Assembly: GCA_963770835.1 (NCBI GenBank)
Contig: CAVYRH010000004.1
Coordinates: forward strand, 96,001 to 160,000
Reading direction: 5' to 3'
DNA length: 64,000 nt
From: an uncultured Pseudomonadota bacterium
GTDB taxonomy: Bacteria; Oederibacteriota; Muellerivitia; Muellerivitales; Muellerivitaceae
Within the stretch, counting starts at the first letter, position 1. Every line of letters begins with the position of its first letter. The notes under the pieces are model-generated. The model saw nothing but the letters and a program-made list of their open reading frames with translations, searched no databases and was not told the origin of the DNA. The translations under genes and the position numbers were made by a program. Positions 47,221 through 56,230 of the stretch are shown one piece after another.

Positions 47221-48078
47221 ATGCCGAAGACAACAAAACCCAAGGCCAAGTCCGCCTCCCCGAAACCGGCCAAAGCTAAAGCCGCCTCGGGAACCTCCTC
47301 CAAAAACCTCAAAATCGCCACCTTCAACGCCAATTCCATCCGGATGCGGATGCCCATCCTCCTGAACTGGCTCAAGAAAGAAAAACCGGACGTCTTGGCG
47401 GTCCAGGAAACCAAGGTGCAGGACTCGGAATTCCCCAAGGAGCCCATCGTGCAGGCGGGTTGGAACGTGGTTTTCCACGGGCAGAAGGGCTACAACGGGG
47501 TGGCTTTCATTTCCCAAAAGCCCATGGAAAAAGTGGACATGGGTTTCTACAAACAACCAGAGGAGCAGGCGCGCTTTATTACCGGCGAATACGCGGGTGT
47601 CCGGTTGTTCAACACTTATATCCCGCAAGGGTTTGATATCACCTCCGAGAAGTACCAGTACAAGCTCAAGTACCTGGCTGACCTGAAGAAATACTTCGAT
47701 AAGAAAGTGCCCAACAGCCTGCCGGCCCTTTGGATGGGGGATTTGAACGTGGCCCGAACCGAGATCGACCTGAACAACCCCAAGGGCAACAAGGAACATC
47801 CCTGCTTCCATATCGACGCCCGCAACGCCTTAGAGGAAGTCCTGAAAGGAAAATGGACGGACCTGTTCCGCGAAAAAGTGAAAGAGGGTGGCCACTACAC
47901 CTTTTGGGACATGCGCTTTCCCGGGGCTTTCGAGCGGAACGCCGGTTGGAGGATCGACCTCATCCTGGGGACGCCCCCCATGGTGGAGCGCCTGAAAAAA
48001 GTCTGGATCGATACCAAGCCCCGCGGCCTGGAAAAGCCCTCGGACCACACCTTTTTATTGGCGGAATTTTCCCGATAA
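47221..48078 (+). CDS. xth: Exodeoxyribonuclease III with Lys/Ala/Pro-rich N-terminal extension
   Basis: KIATFNANSIR, QETK, YNGVA, GDLNV, GWRIDL, PSDH. Confidence 0.96.
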   Translation: MPKTTKPKAKSASPKPAKAKAASGTSSKNLKIATFNANSIRMRMPILLNWLKKEKPDVLAVQETKVQDSEFPKEPIVQAGWNVVFHGQKGYNGVAFISQKPMEKVDMGFYKQPEEQARFITGEYAGVRLFNTYIPQGFDITSEKYQYKLKYLADLKKYFDKKVPNSLPALWMGDLNVARTEIDLNNPKGNKEHPCFHIDARNALEEVLKGKWTDLFREKVKEGGHYTFWDMRFPGAFERNAGWRIDLILGTPPMVERLKKVWIDTKPRGLEKPSDHTFLLAEFSR

Positions 48079-48135
48079 GTTCGGGGGCGTTTAGAACCGG
48101 CTTATTGGCGAGACCCCCAGGGCAAAACTTGCCCG

Positions 48136-48990
48136 TCATTTTTCCTGGAGGATGTTGTTCCAACCGAACTTCCCGCTTTTATCCAGGAAGGGCTGTTCCA
48201 ACAGCATGTTCACCGGCAGATACTTCTCATCGTGGAAAACGTCCAGGCCGATCTTCATTTTCTCGTGGCCTTCCTTGGGCTGCGCCCGGTAGGTTCCCAG
48301 CAACCGGTCCCAAATTGACAAGTTAAAACCAAAATTGCTGTTCGTCTCCAAGGGGATCACGGAATGATGCACCCGGTGCATGTCCGGTGTCACAATCAAC
48401 GAACGCAGGATCTTGTCCAGCCAAGCGGGCATCCGGACATTGGAGTGGGTGAAGAGGGAGGAGACGTTCAAGATCAGCTCGAAAAGAAAAACGCCGAAGG
48501 CCGGCGCTCCCAGGAGAAGGACGAAGAAGGATTTGATCAGCATGGAAAGGATCATTTCACCGGTGTGAAAACGAACGCCGGTGGTGACGTCCACTTCCAA
48601 ATCCGTGTGATGGGTGCGGTGGAACTTCCAAAATAATGGAATGGCGTGGAAGGCCCGGTGCTGGTAATAAACCATCCAATCCATCGCCACGAGGGTGAAA
48701 ACCACCGAGAAGGCCCATGGAACCTCAACCCATTGAAATAACCCGAAATTCTGGCTTTTCGCCAAATAAGCGGCGCCGATGACGGCGCTGGGAAAAAGGA
48801 GGCGAGTGATGACCGCATTCAGGATGGTCAAAGCCAGGTTGTGGGGCCAGCGTTCCATGCGGGGTATCTTTTCTTTCCGGCGGGAAGCCTGAAACTCCCA
48901 CAAAACCATCAGGGCGAATGTCCCCAGAAACCAATAAAACCGGATATTTCTTTCATGACCTAATACAGCCAATTGAGCGTTCCAGTCCAT
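48136..48990 (-). CDS. Sterol desaturase/fatty-acid hydroxylase family protein
   Basis: His boxes YYQHRAFH, HRTHH, FTHSN and HRVHHS; AGGAGG RBS. Confidence 0.93.
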   Translation of the reverse strand: MDWNAQLAVLGHERNIRFYWFLGTFALMVLWEFQASRRKEKIPRMERWPHNLALTILNAVITRLLFPSAVIGAAYLAKSQNFGLFQWVEVPWAFSVVFTLVAMDWMVYYQHRAFHAIPLFWKFHRTHHTDLEVDVTTGVRFHTGEMILSMLIKSFFVLLLGAPAFGVFLFELILNVSSLFTHSNVRMPAWLDKILRSLIVTPDMHRVHHSVIPLETNSNFGFNLSIWDRLLGTYRAQPKEGHEKMKIGLDVFHDEKYLPVNMLLEQPFLDKSGKFGWNNILQEK

Positions 48991-49405
48991 TCCACGCCTC
49001 CTTAACCCTAACCCGGACGAGCCGGGACCAAACAAGGGCATGTTCTCAATTATTTCGGGTGAAACCAAGGGTTAAAGCGCCCGGTTCCTTAGCCCGATAA
49101 ATTTTCATCATTTTTCGTAAATTTTTGCGGGTAAGGAACTAGGGCAAGTATATCTCATTCGGTCCTATCCCGCCCGTATTGGAAACAAACCCCTTCCGCC
49201 TTAGATCCTGTGCTTTAGGTTTTACCCGCCAGTCCACTGCGAGGGGATCGGTTCGGCCTGGGATCGCCTTTTTACCCTCTTAGTTGACTAATAAAAACCT
49301 TGGGGGGATAATGAGTTTAGCGATAAGCTATTGTGATTGAATTTGGAGTTGCCGCTCCCGACTTTTCGATCCCTTCCTAAATGATGACTACAACAACAAT
49401 TTAAA

Positions 49406-50977
49406 ATGAAAACCATCGGAGCGGCATCAATGGGTTTACCTCGCAAGAAATCCCTTCTTTTCAAGTTTCGTGAAGCCTTTTGGCGTTTCTTTGCCATGCC
49501 GGCAGGGAATACCCCAAAACATTCCCGCCTCACGGCTATCCAAAACCCGAGGGGTTCCGCGCTCATCATGGCCATCATGTTCATGATCGTGGGGGCCCTT
49601 TTGGTGACGGTTGGAACCCAACTGGTCACCACCGCCCGCAAGAATGCCAACCAACAGGCCTATGCGGTGGCCATGGCGCAAAACGCCGCCCAAGCGGGCC
49701 TGGAGGATGCCATCGGCTGGTTCAAGCGCCAGAGCACCCAGCCGATCGCGGCCCAACCCGCGTCCAACTACGGGTCCCTTCCCAACTATCCCACGCCCGT
49801 CTATCCCGTGACCATCTCGACCAACGTCGGGACAATGGCGGTAAGCTACGCCGACGAAGCTTTCTTTCCGGTTTACAACACCGCCAGCCCCGTGTCCACC
49901 GACACCATTGACCCCTACGCCGGCACGGTAACGGGCATCGGACTGGTCAACGAATTTTCCCCGGACGGGGCCGGCAGCGTTTCGCAGGCCGCCACCGACG
50001 GCTCCCAGCCCCGGTGGGAAAGGTACGAGGTTTACCGGCAGCAATACGGGGCGAACCCCAATCCCCCTCCCCCCACCCCCGTCCCCGTCCACGACGTGAC
50101 CGGGGAAAGGATGTACGGCAAGTTGGACGGACAGGGCTATGTTTGGTCCCTCCGATCGACCGGTTATTATTACATCCGGAGGGATTTCACCAAGAGCGTT
50201 TCGGCCCCCTATTACTGGGCCAAGGATTACAAAACGCCCCCCAACACGCTCCTGGCGACGGCCCGGATGGCCACCGAGATCCGCAAAATATCCACCACCA
50301 TGCCCTGGGGGGTCAACTCCGCCGTCTATATGCCCAACGTCAGCGCATTAAACACGGGAATTGAAACCTACGTCTCGAACGCGGGCCAAAGCGGAGCCTA
50401 CTCCTGGGCCCAAGTCAACGGGGGCAAACCCGTGACGGCGGGGCCCAAAGAGGTGGTGGGAAGCGGCGTCACCGAATCAAGCACCGCGGGCCTCAAGGAC
50501 GCCAACGTTTTCGGAATGCTGATCGGCGAGTTCGCCAATTTGGATTCGGTGGTCAAGCCCACGACGACCACGAATTTCGCGGGCATCCCCGCGAACAGCA
50601 TTATTTATTACAATGGAAACCTGACCATCGACCCGGCCGGGGGCAACTCCAATTGGTACGTCATCGGGAACAACGGAAGCCAAACGGGCCTCCTGATCGT
50701 CAACGGGAATTTCACGATGAATTCCTCGGCGACCCAGCAGAACGCTTATTACGGGCTGGTTTACGTGACGGGGTCGGTGAACCTGTCAGGGAGCCTTATC
50801 GAAGGCGCCCTTATCCTGGGCAGCGCCGGCACCGGGGTGACCCTGACCTCCAACAACGGGAATCCCGCCGCCATCTACTACAACGCCACCATGCTTCAAA
50901 GAATGCAAACGGTTGTTTCCGGATACTTGGAAGATATTTCCGCCCGGAAGATATTCCTGGCGATACCGAGCGAATAA
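49406..50977 (+). CDS. PilX/GspK-like minor pilin with large C-terminal beta-rich domain
   Basis: NPRG|SALIMAIMFMIVGALL (no Glu5); A..AAQAGLEDA; C-terminal Y.NGNLTI, GLLIVNGNF and GLVYVTG repeats. Confidence 0.8.
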   Translation: MKTIGAASMGLPRKKSLLFKFREAFWRFFAMPAGNTPKHSRLTAIQNPRGSALIMAIMFMIVGALLVTVGTQLVTTARKNANQQAYAVAMAQNAAQAGLEDAIGWFKRQSTQPIAAQPASNYGSLPNYPTPVYPVTISTNVGTMAVSYADEAFFPVYNTASPVSTDTIDPYAGTVTGIGLVNEFSPDGAGSVSQAATDGSQPRWERYEVYRQQYGANPNPPPPTPVPVHDVTGERMYGKLDGQGYVWSLRSTGYYYIRRDFTKSVSAPYYWAKDYKTPPNTLLATARMATEIRKISTTMPWGVNSAVYMPNVSALNTGIETYVSNAGQSGAYSWAQVNGGKPVTAGPKEVVGSGVTESSTAGLKDANVFGMLIGEFANLDSVVKPTTTTNFAGIPANSIIYYNGNLTIDPAGGNSNWYVIGNNGSQTGLLIVNGNFTMNSSATQQNAYYGLVYVTGSVNLSGSLIEGALILGSAGTGVTLTSNNGNPAAIYYNATMLQRMQTVVSGYLEDISARKIFLAIPSE

Positions 50978-51007
50978 GGGCCCGGGCAAGGGAGAAGGAA
51001 GGTAATT

Positions 51008-54000
51008 ATGGCCATCAAAAGGTTGAATTCGCGGGGCATGACGATCATCGAAATGCTGATCGCCGTGGGCATCATGGCCTTCATGGCCTCGGCCGTGGTC
51101 CTGGCCCGCCAATACATGGCCAAACAAACCCAAAAGACATCGGACAAGGTCTTCGCCACCCAAAAAGCCATCCAGATGTTCGAGGAAATGCGGGCCCTCG
51201 CCGCCCAGGGCGGATCGACGGGCTTCGCGACGCTGGACAATTACAACGACGGGAGCAACTACGAGGATATCCTGACCACGGACAAAAGCGTGTCCGCGCC
51301 CGCGGACCCCTTGAGCGCCAACAAGAACATCGGATACTGGAAATTCTGGCGCCAGGTTTCCGTCGTCCACGTCGTCCAGGACCCGTTCGCCCGCATCGTC
51401 AACGTCCGCGTCTACGGCGGCCAAAAAGGCAACACGGCGGACCCGGGGAACCTCCTGGCGGAAGTGGGGGGCATCCTGCGGATCACCTACACCCCGGTCC
51501 CCCCCACCCAAGAATATGACGTTTACGCGCTGGCCCTTTCCAACGAACTGGGATGGTTCACAAATGTTCCCAATATGTTGAACGCCTTCGAGTCGGCGGT
51601 CAACGCGGTGACCGTCATCAACCCCGGGCTTATCATCCGGCAACACGAGATCACCCAGACGGCCTTCGGGCGTGACTTTTTTTACAACCCCTACATCAAC
51701 CAGGCCCAGGACACGGCCACGGCCGTCATGCCCTGGATCTACTTTTACACGGGCAACACCCCCGAGACGTCGGGCACCACCCCGGGCACGGACACCATGT
51801 TCTTCAGTCCCGTCCAATTGCAGGGGCTGGGGGGCATCAACCTCGACGGCACCATCGAGCCAGCCAACGGTTATTCCATGTGCGACATGTATAACGCGGC
51901 CATGCGGTACCCGGATGAGCTGGCGGCCTACCAGGCCGTTTCACAGTCCGTTGCCGCCCAGGGTACCACCTATCAGATGACCCTTCGGATGCTGTTGGAA
52001 AAGATGAACAGCCAGCCCGCGTCCATCATGAACCCCCTGGTCATTTCCATGCACGGGGAAGTCCTGCCCCTGGTCAATATGCATAATTACTCGGACGCGG
52101 CCAAGGACCCCACGAACGCCACCACCTGCGCGGGCCCCAATATGCGGGTCGTGACCCACCCCGACCTCATCCATTACCCCTCCACCAGTTCGGGCAGGGC
52201 CGTTTCGTTGAGGGTTTACGCCTATTACGACGGTCTCCTCACCCCCGGCAACTTGAACGCCACCTATCCCCCCGGCAGCGTCGCCAGCACCATCACGGTT
52301 TATTTCCCCTCCCTCAAGTTCATCGCCAGCGACCTTAATGTGACCGCGATCTCCGGCGGGATCAATCCCGTCGGTGGGACGGCTTACCGGTACTACGCCA
52401 CGAATATCAACCAGGGAAGCGGGAACGCCACCATGGGAATGTCCTGGAGCATGAGCAACCCGGGCCTCAATACCAACGACACGGCCATCACCCTTTACAA
52501 TACCCCCTTAAGATGCGAGGCCGTCACCACCGCCGGCGTCACCACGGGGCTTTTGCCCGCCAACCTGCTCTATAACACCGAATACATTCCCTGCGACGCC
52601 GTTTCCACCAGCCCGGTTTCCACTAATGGTTTTGCCGCCAATCTCACCACGACAAACACCACCGAGCCCGTGAATACGGCCCGTTGGATTATTTCGTTCA
52701 AGACCGCCAATAGCGTCACCATTTCGGACGGGCAATATGCCGTGGAAACGCGCTTTGGAACAAACTTGACAACCGGTAATTATCCCCCCACGAACAACAA
52801 CCTCATGTCCAACCTGTCCCGGACCTATGTTTGGATCGGCACGGGAACCAATGCCGGCTCCCCCTGGGGCGGGTCCGGCGTGACGCCCTTCACCGAACGC
52901 TACCAGTACAACGGCGACCCCCGGCATTGCCCCTACCTGGATTGCAAATACGGAACCGTCGCCATGAGAACCACCGACATTGAGGCAGGAGGCACCACCG
53001 TCGACGCGGCCAGTTACAACTGGTATTGGAGGTCCATTGGAACCGACAACCCCAACGGCAACCAAGGGGACGGCTACACAGGTTTCACCAAGACCACCGC
53101 GGGTTTCGACGGCCAGCCCACCGGCGCCAATCCCAACGGCGACATGCGGGACATGCCCCGCTATTACTATACCTACCGCCAGGGCATCATGAATACCACC
53201 GGGATCTTTACCAACCTCAACGGATGGACCTGCTGGCACGCCAGCGAGGGCGGGGAGATCGGCGGCACCTACGATCCTTTCGCCAGTTCCCTGCAATTTA
53301 TCGACACGCCCTGGGACCCGGCCGATAGCGCGGTCGAAAACATCGACGAAGAACAAAAATCCAACGATTGGGACCCGGCCGCGATTCCTGTGTCCGCCAC
53401 CCAATCCACGGCGCGGGTCGTCATCTACAACAATTCCAAATCCCTGAATCCCACCACGACCTGGTATGAAAAATCGTGGCTGGGGGAGTTGTACCCGGAT
53501 TTGGGGGCGGTGGCGGGGGTTACTTACGCGGTCACTTGGATCAATAACGGAAACCTTCCGACCGTCCAGTTCTGGCGGGTGCCTTTTGAGGCCGTCTCGG
53601 TGGCCGGCGGCGGCACGACCAACGGTTTCGACACCAAACGGCACTCCCAATGGGGGGTCGGCTCGAGGGGGCCCGCGGCCTTCATGAATGGGGCGGTAGG
53701 CACCTCCGGCGCCGCCATCAACTGGGGCCTGGCGGCCGACGGCGGCGGGGGCACGGGCAACGTATCGGATATCACCAACCTGGGCATCAACCTCTACAAC
53801 ACCACCAACTTCGTCATGGGAAGCCCGGTGAGCGCGGCCAACACGCGCCCCTGGAACTGTTATTTCAATTTAAGCGCCGACTCCTCGAAAGAACCCCCCA
53901 ACTGGGGGGATTCTTATTACCAGGGCTTAAGGACGACCCTTTCCATTCCCAGCGTCCCGTCCGCCATTAATGCCAACGCCTATTCCCGGATCATTTACAC

Positions 54001-54739
54001 CTCGGAAGACACCACCGAAACCGGCGACCTTAATAATTCCGGGACCCCGCAGTGGAACACCCTGGGAACCATTGAGATGGATTACACGCCCCCCGGTGGA
54101 ACCCAGCAAACCGGCTATTTCAACCTTTCCGGCCTGGCTCCCTCGGGCGCCTCGGGCGTCCTGGTCCTGGCCCAAACGGGCCTCAACACCATGCTGCGGG
54201 CCTACTTGGACGCGGGAATCCTCCATCCCAGCGGGTCGCCGGGGCATATCCCCCAGCTTCCCCTATTCCAGGTGAGTACGGGCAACCCCGCCAACCAATT
54301 CTCCAGCCCTTCGGCCGTTACGCTGACCTGGGCCTCACCAGTTTCAAACTGCTCCCTCTGGACCCGTTGGGCGGGTATCGACGGCGCGGCCAACTGGTAC
54401 ACCGAGGAATATCCCGCTTATGCCGCGGGATTGACCATCACCTCCAGCACCTACAGCGAGCCCACAACGGGCACACAGCCGGTCTCGCTGTTCTACGTTC
54501 CCATGTGGTCCGCCAACGGAACCAATTGGATTTCCTGCGTCGACAACGCCACCACCCTGACCCAGGGCAACTATTGGACCCCGGCTTCCCTGGCCACGAC
54601 CCAAATGGCGGTCACCTGGAACACCCCCGCCGGCACGTTCCCCCAGGGCACCTACTCGGTCCAGGTGGACGGTTTCCGGCAGGGCTACCCCCTCCACTAC
54701 AGCTATCACGAGGTGGATGACATCTCCATCACACGGTGA
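51008..54739 (+). CDS. Giant (1243-aa) prepilin-type N-methylation-domain protein, PilV/GspI-like head fused to a long Thr/Asn/Gly-rich domain
   Basis: NSRG|MTIIEMLIAVGI; ATQKAIQMFEEMR; FWRQVSV...RIVNVRVY; AGGAAGGT RBS. Confidence 0.85.
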   Translation: MAIKRLNSRGMTIIEMLIAVGIMAFMASAVVLARQYMAKQTQKTSDKVFATQKAIQMFEEMRALAAQGGSTGFATLDNYNDGSNYEDILTTDKSVSAPADPLSANKNIGYWKFWRQVSVVHVVQDPFARIVNVRVYGGQKGNTADPGNLLAEVGGILRITYTPVPPTQEYDVYALALSNELGWFTNVPNMLNAFESAVNAVTVINPGLIIRQHEITQTAFGRDFFYNPYINQAQDTATAVMPWIYFYTGNTPETSGTTPGTDTMFFSPVQLQGLGGINLDGTIEPANGYSMCDMYNAAMRYPDELAAYQAVSQSVAAQGTTYQMTLRMLLEKMNSQPASIMNPLVISMHGEVLPLVNMHNYSDAAKDPTNATTCAGPNMRVVTHPDLIHYPSTSSGRAVSLRVYAYYDGLLTPGNLNATYPPGSVASTITVYFPSLKFIASDLNVTAISGGINPVGGTAYRYYATNINQGSGNATMGMSWSMSNPGLNTNDTAITLYNTPLRCEAVTTAGVTTGLLPANLLYNTEYIPCDAVSTSPVSTNGFAANLTTTNTTEPVNTARWIISFKTANSVTISDGQYAVETRFGTNLTTGNYPPTNNNLMSNLSRTYVWIGTGTNAGSPWGGSGVTPFTERYQYNGDPRHCPYLDCKYGTVAMRTTDIEAGGTTVDAASYNWYWRSIGTDNPNGNQGDGYTGFTKTTAGFDGQPTGANPNGDMRDMPRYYYTYRQGIMNTTGIFTNLNGWTCWHASEGGEIGGTYDPFASSLQFIDTPWDPADSAVENIDEEQKSNDWDPAAIPVSATQSTARVVIYNNSKSLNPTTTWYEKSWLGELYPDLGAVAGVTYAVTWINNGNLPTVQFWRVPFEAVSVAGGGTTNGFDTKRHSQWGVGSRGPAAFMNGAVGTSGAAINWGLAADGGGGTGNVSDITNLGINLYNTTNFVMGSPVSAANTRPWNCYFNLSADSSKEPPNWGDSYYQGLRTTLSIPSVPSAINANAYSRIIYTSEDTTETGDLNNSGTPQWNTLGTIEMDYTPPGGTQQTGYFNLSGLAPSGASGVLVLAQTGLNTMLRAYLDAGILHPSGSPGHIPQLPLFQVSTGNPANQFSSPSAVTLTWASPVSNCSLWTRWAGIDGAANWYTEEYPAYAAGLTITSSTYSEPTTGTQPVSLFYVPMWSANGTNWISCVDNATTLTQGNYWTPASLATTQMAVTWNTPAGTFPQGTYSVQVDGFRQGYPLHYSYHEVDDISITR

Positions 54740-54742
54740 AAC

Positions 54743-56017
54743 ATGGACAGGAAAAATAAAATTTTAAATTTTAAATTCTCAATTTTGAATTGCCGAAGGT
54801 TTTTCAACCGGCGGTTGAAAAACTTCCGTAACTTCGAACTTCGAACTTCGGATTTAAAACTCGCCGAAAGCCGCCTGCGGGTTTCGGCGGGCGGATGGAC
54901 CTTGATCGAACTGATGCTGGTGATGGCCATGATCGCCATCATCACGCCCGCCATCACCTATCTCTTCATGAAAGTCAGCCAAGGCATGGCCTCGGACGAA
55001 ATGCACACCGAGCTCCAGCAGGGCAACCAGGCCATGCTCAACCGCCTCCAAGTCCACCTCGCCGCGAACCGCCACTGCTTCTTCAACGATAACACGTCGG
55101 GGGGGGTTTCCTTTTTGACCCGCCTGAACCTTACCACGGCGCCCGCCAAGGTGGCAGGGGGGGTGACCCTTTGCGAACCCCAGCCCCAGCCCCAAACCAC
55201 TCCAACCTTTATCTCGGGCTCCTTAAGCCCCAATGCGACTGGGTTCCTGAGCGCCAACGTGGGCAACGCCCTCCTCTTCGCGGCCTATGACGCCCCCCAG
55301 ACGCTCCTTTACCCCACGGGCCCGCCTAAAATATCCACCGCGGTGCCGATCACGGTCACCGGCGCCTCGATAGTCGACTCCAACGGAGTCAAGCAAACGG
55401 CCATCATCGACCTTTACCGCTTTTACTTTTACTATCTCTCCTCCGCCATCACCAAACAGCTTTTCGACGCCACCGATTACAGCCTCATCGAGTGGCAAAG
55501 CATCCAATACCCCGATTACACGGAGATCGCCAACTACAGCCAGGACCCGGTGCTGGAGGGGAATGTCCTGGCCGGAATCAAGGCCGCCGGCATGACGGTG
55601 GCTTGGGATTTCACCCAAAGCGACCCCAACCAGGCCTTCGTCGCATTCGGAACGGCCGCCTACGGGACGAATTCCACTTCGGTGACGGCCCTGAGCGCCG
55701 GCTATACCATCGCCATGGATACGTACAACAACGTGACCGTGACCCGGTCGGGCATTTTGACCTCGGGTTTCCGCTATGGCATCAGCCCCAACACGAACAA
55801 CTGGAAATCCTGCCCGGTCCAGATTCCCCTTTACGCGGCGGTGGCCGCGCCCGGCACGGCTTTTCCCAACGGTTTTGAGGTGGCCGCCAGTTCCAACCCA
55901 ACGGGGCGCCAAATCATGATCCGGAGCGTCTGGGTGGCCGAGGGGGCCAACGGTTCCCGCGTCCGGGCGGTTTATAACGACCTCAATATGGTGGATGAAA
56001 TCTCGGACAACTGGTAG
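54743..56017 (+). CDS. Prepilin-type N-methylation-domain protein (PilW/GspJ-like)
   Basis: SAGG|WTLIELMLVMAMIAII; long leader containing heptamer repeats. Confidence 0.85.
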   Translation: MDRKNKILNFKFSILNCRRFFNRRLKNFRNFELRTSDLKLAESRLRVSAGGWTLIELMLVMAMIAIITPAITYLFMKVSQGMASDEMHTELQQGNQAMLNRLQVHLAANRHCFFNDNTSGGVSFLTRLNLTTAPAKVAGGVTLCEPQPQPQTTPTFISGSLSPNATGFLSANVGNALLFAAYDAPQTLLYPTGPPKISTAVPITVTGASIVDSNGVKQTAIIDLYRFYFYYLSSAITKQLFDATDYSLIEWQSIQYPDYTEIANYSQDPVLEGNVLAGIKAAGMTVAWDFTQSDPNQAFVAFGTAAYGTNSTSVTALSAGYTIAMDTYNNVTVTRSGILTSGFRYGISPNTNNWKSCPVQIPLYAAVAAPGTAFPNGFEVAASSNPTGRQIMIRSVWVAEGANGSRVRAVYNDLNMVDEISDNW

Positions 56018-56230
56018 GCCTCTAAATCCGGCCGGGCTGAAAACCGGCGAAATTCGCGGAAAAGGCCTTTTTTAAGGTAAAATTAACCCCGAATCGTGCT
56101 CTCGCGCTTAGATATCAGCGCTCATCCGCGCGTGCGAAGCATGCCGATGTTAAACGCGGTATATGGGATAAACAGGGTAAGAGGTGGACTTTTCAATGCC
56201 GGTATTTAAACCAAACAACGGGCCCATGTG

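Noticed and set aside
49070..49405. c-di-GMP or other riboswitch upstream of the pilin cluster
   Set aside because: No recognisable aptamer consensus by eye; an Infernal scan would be needed
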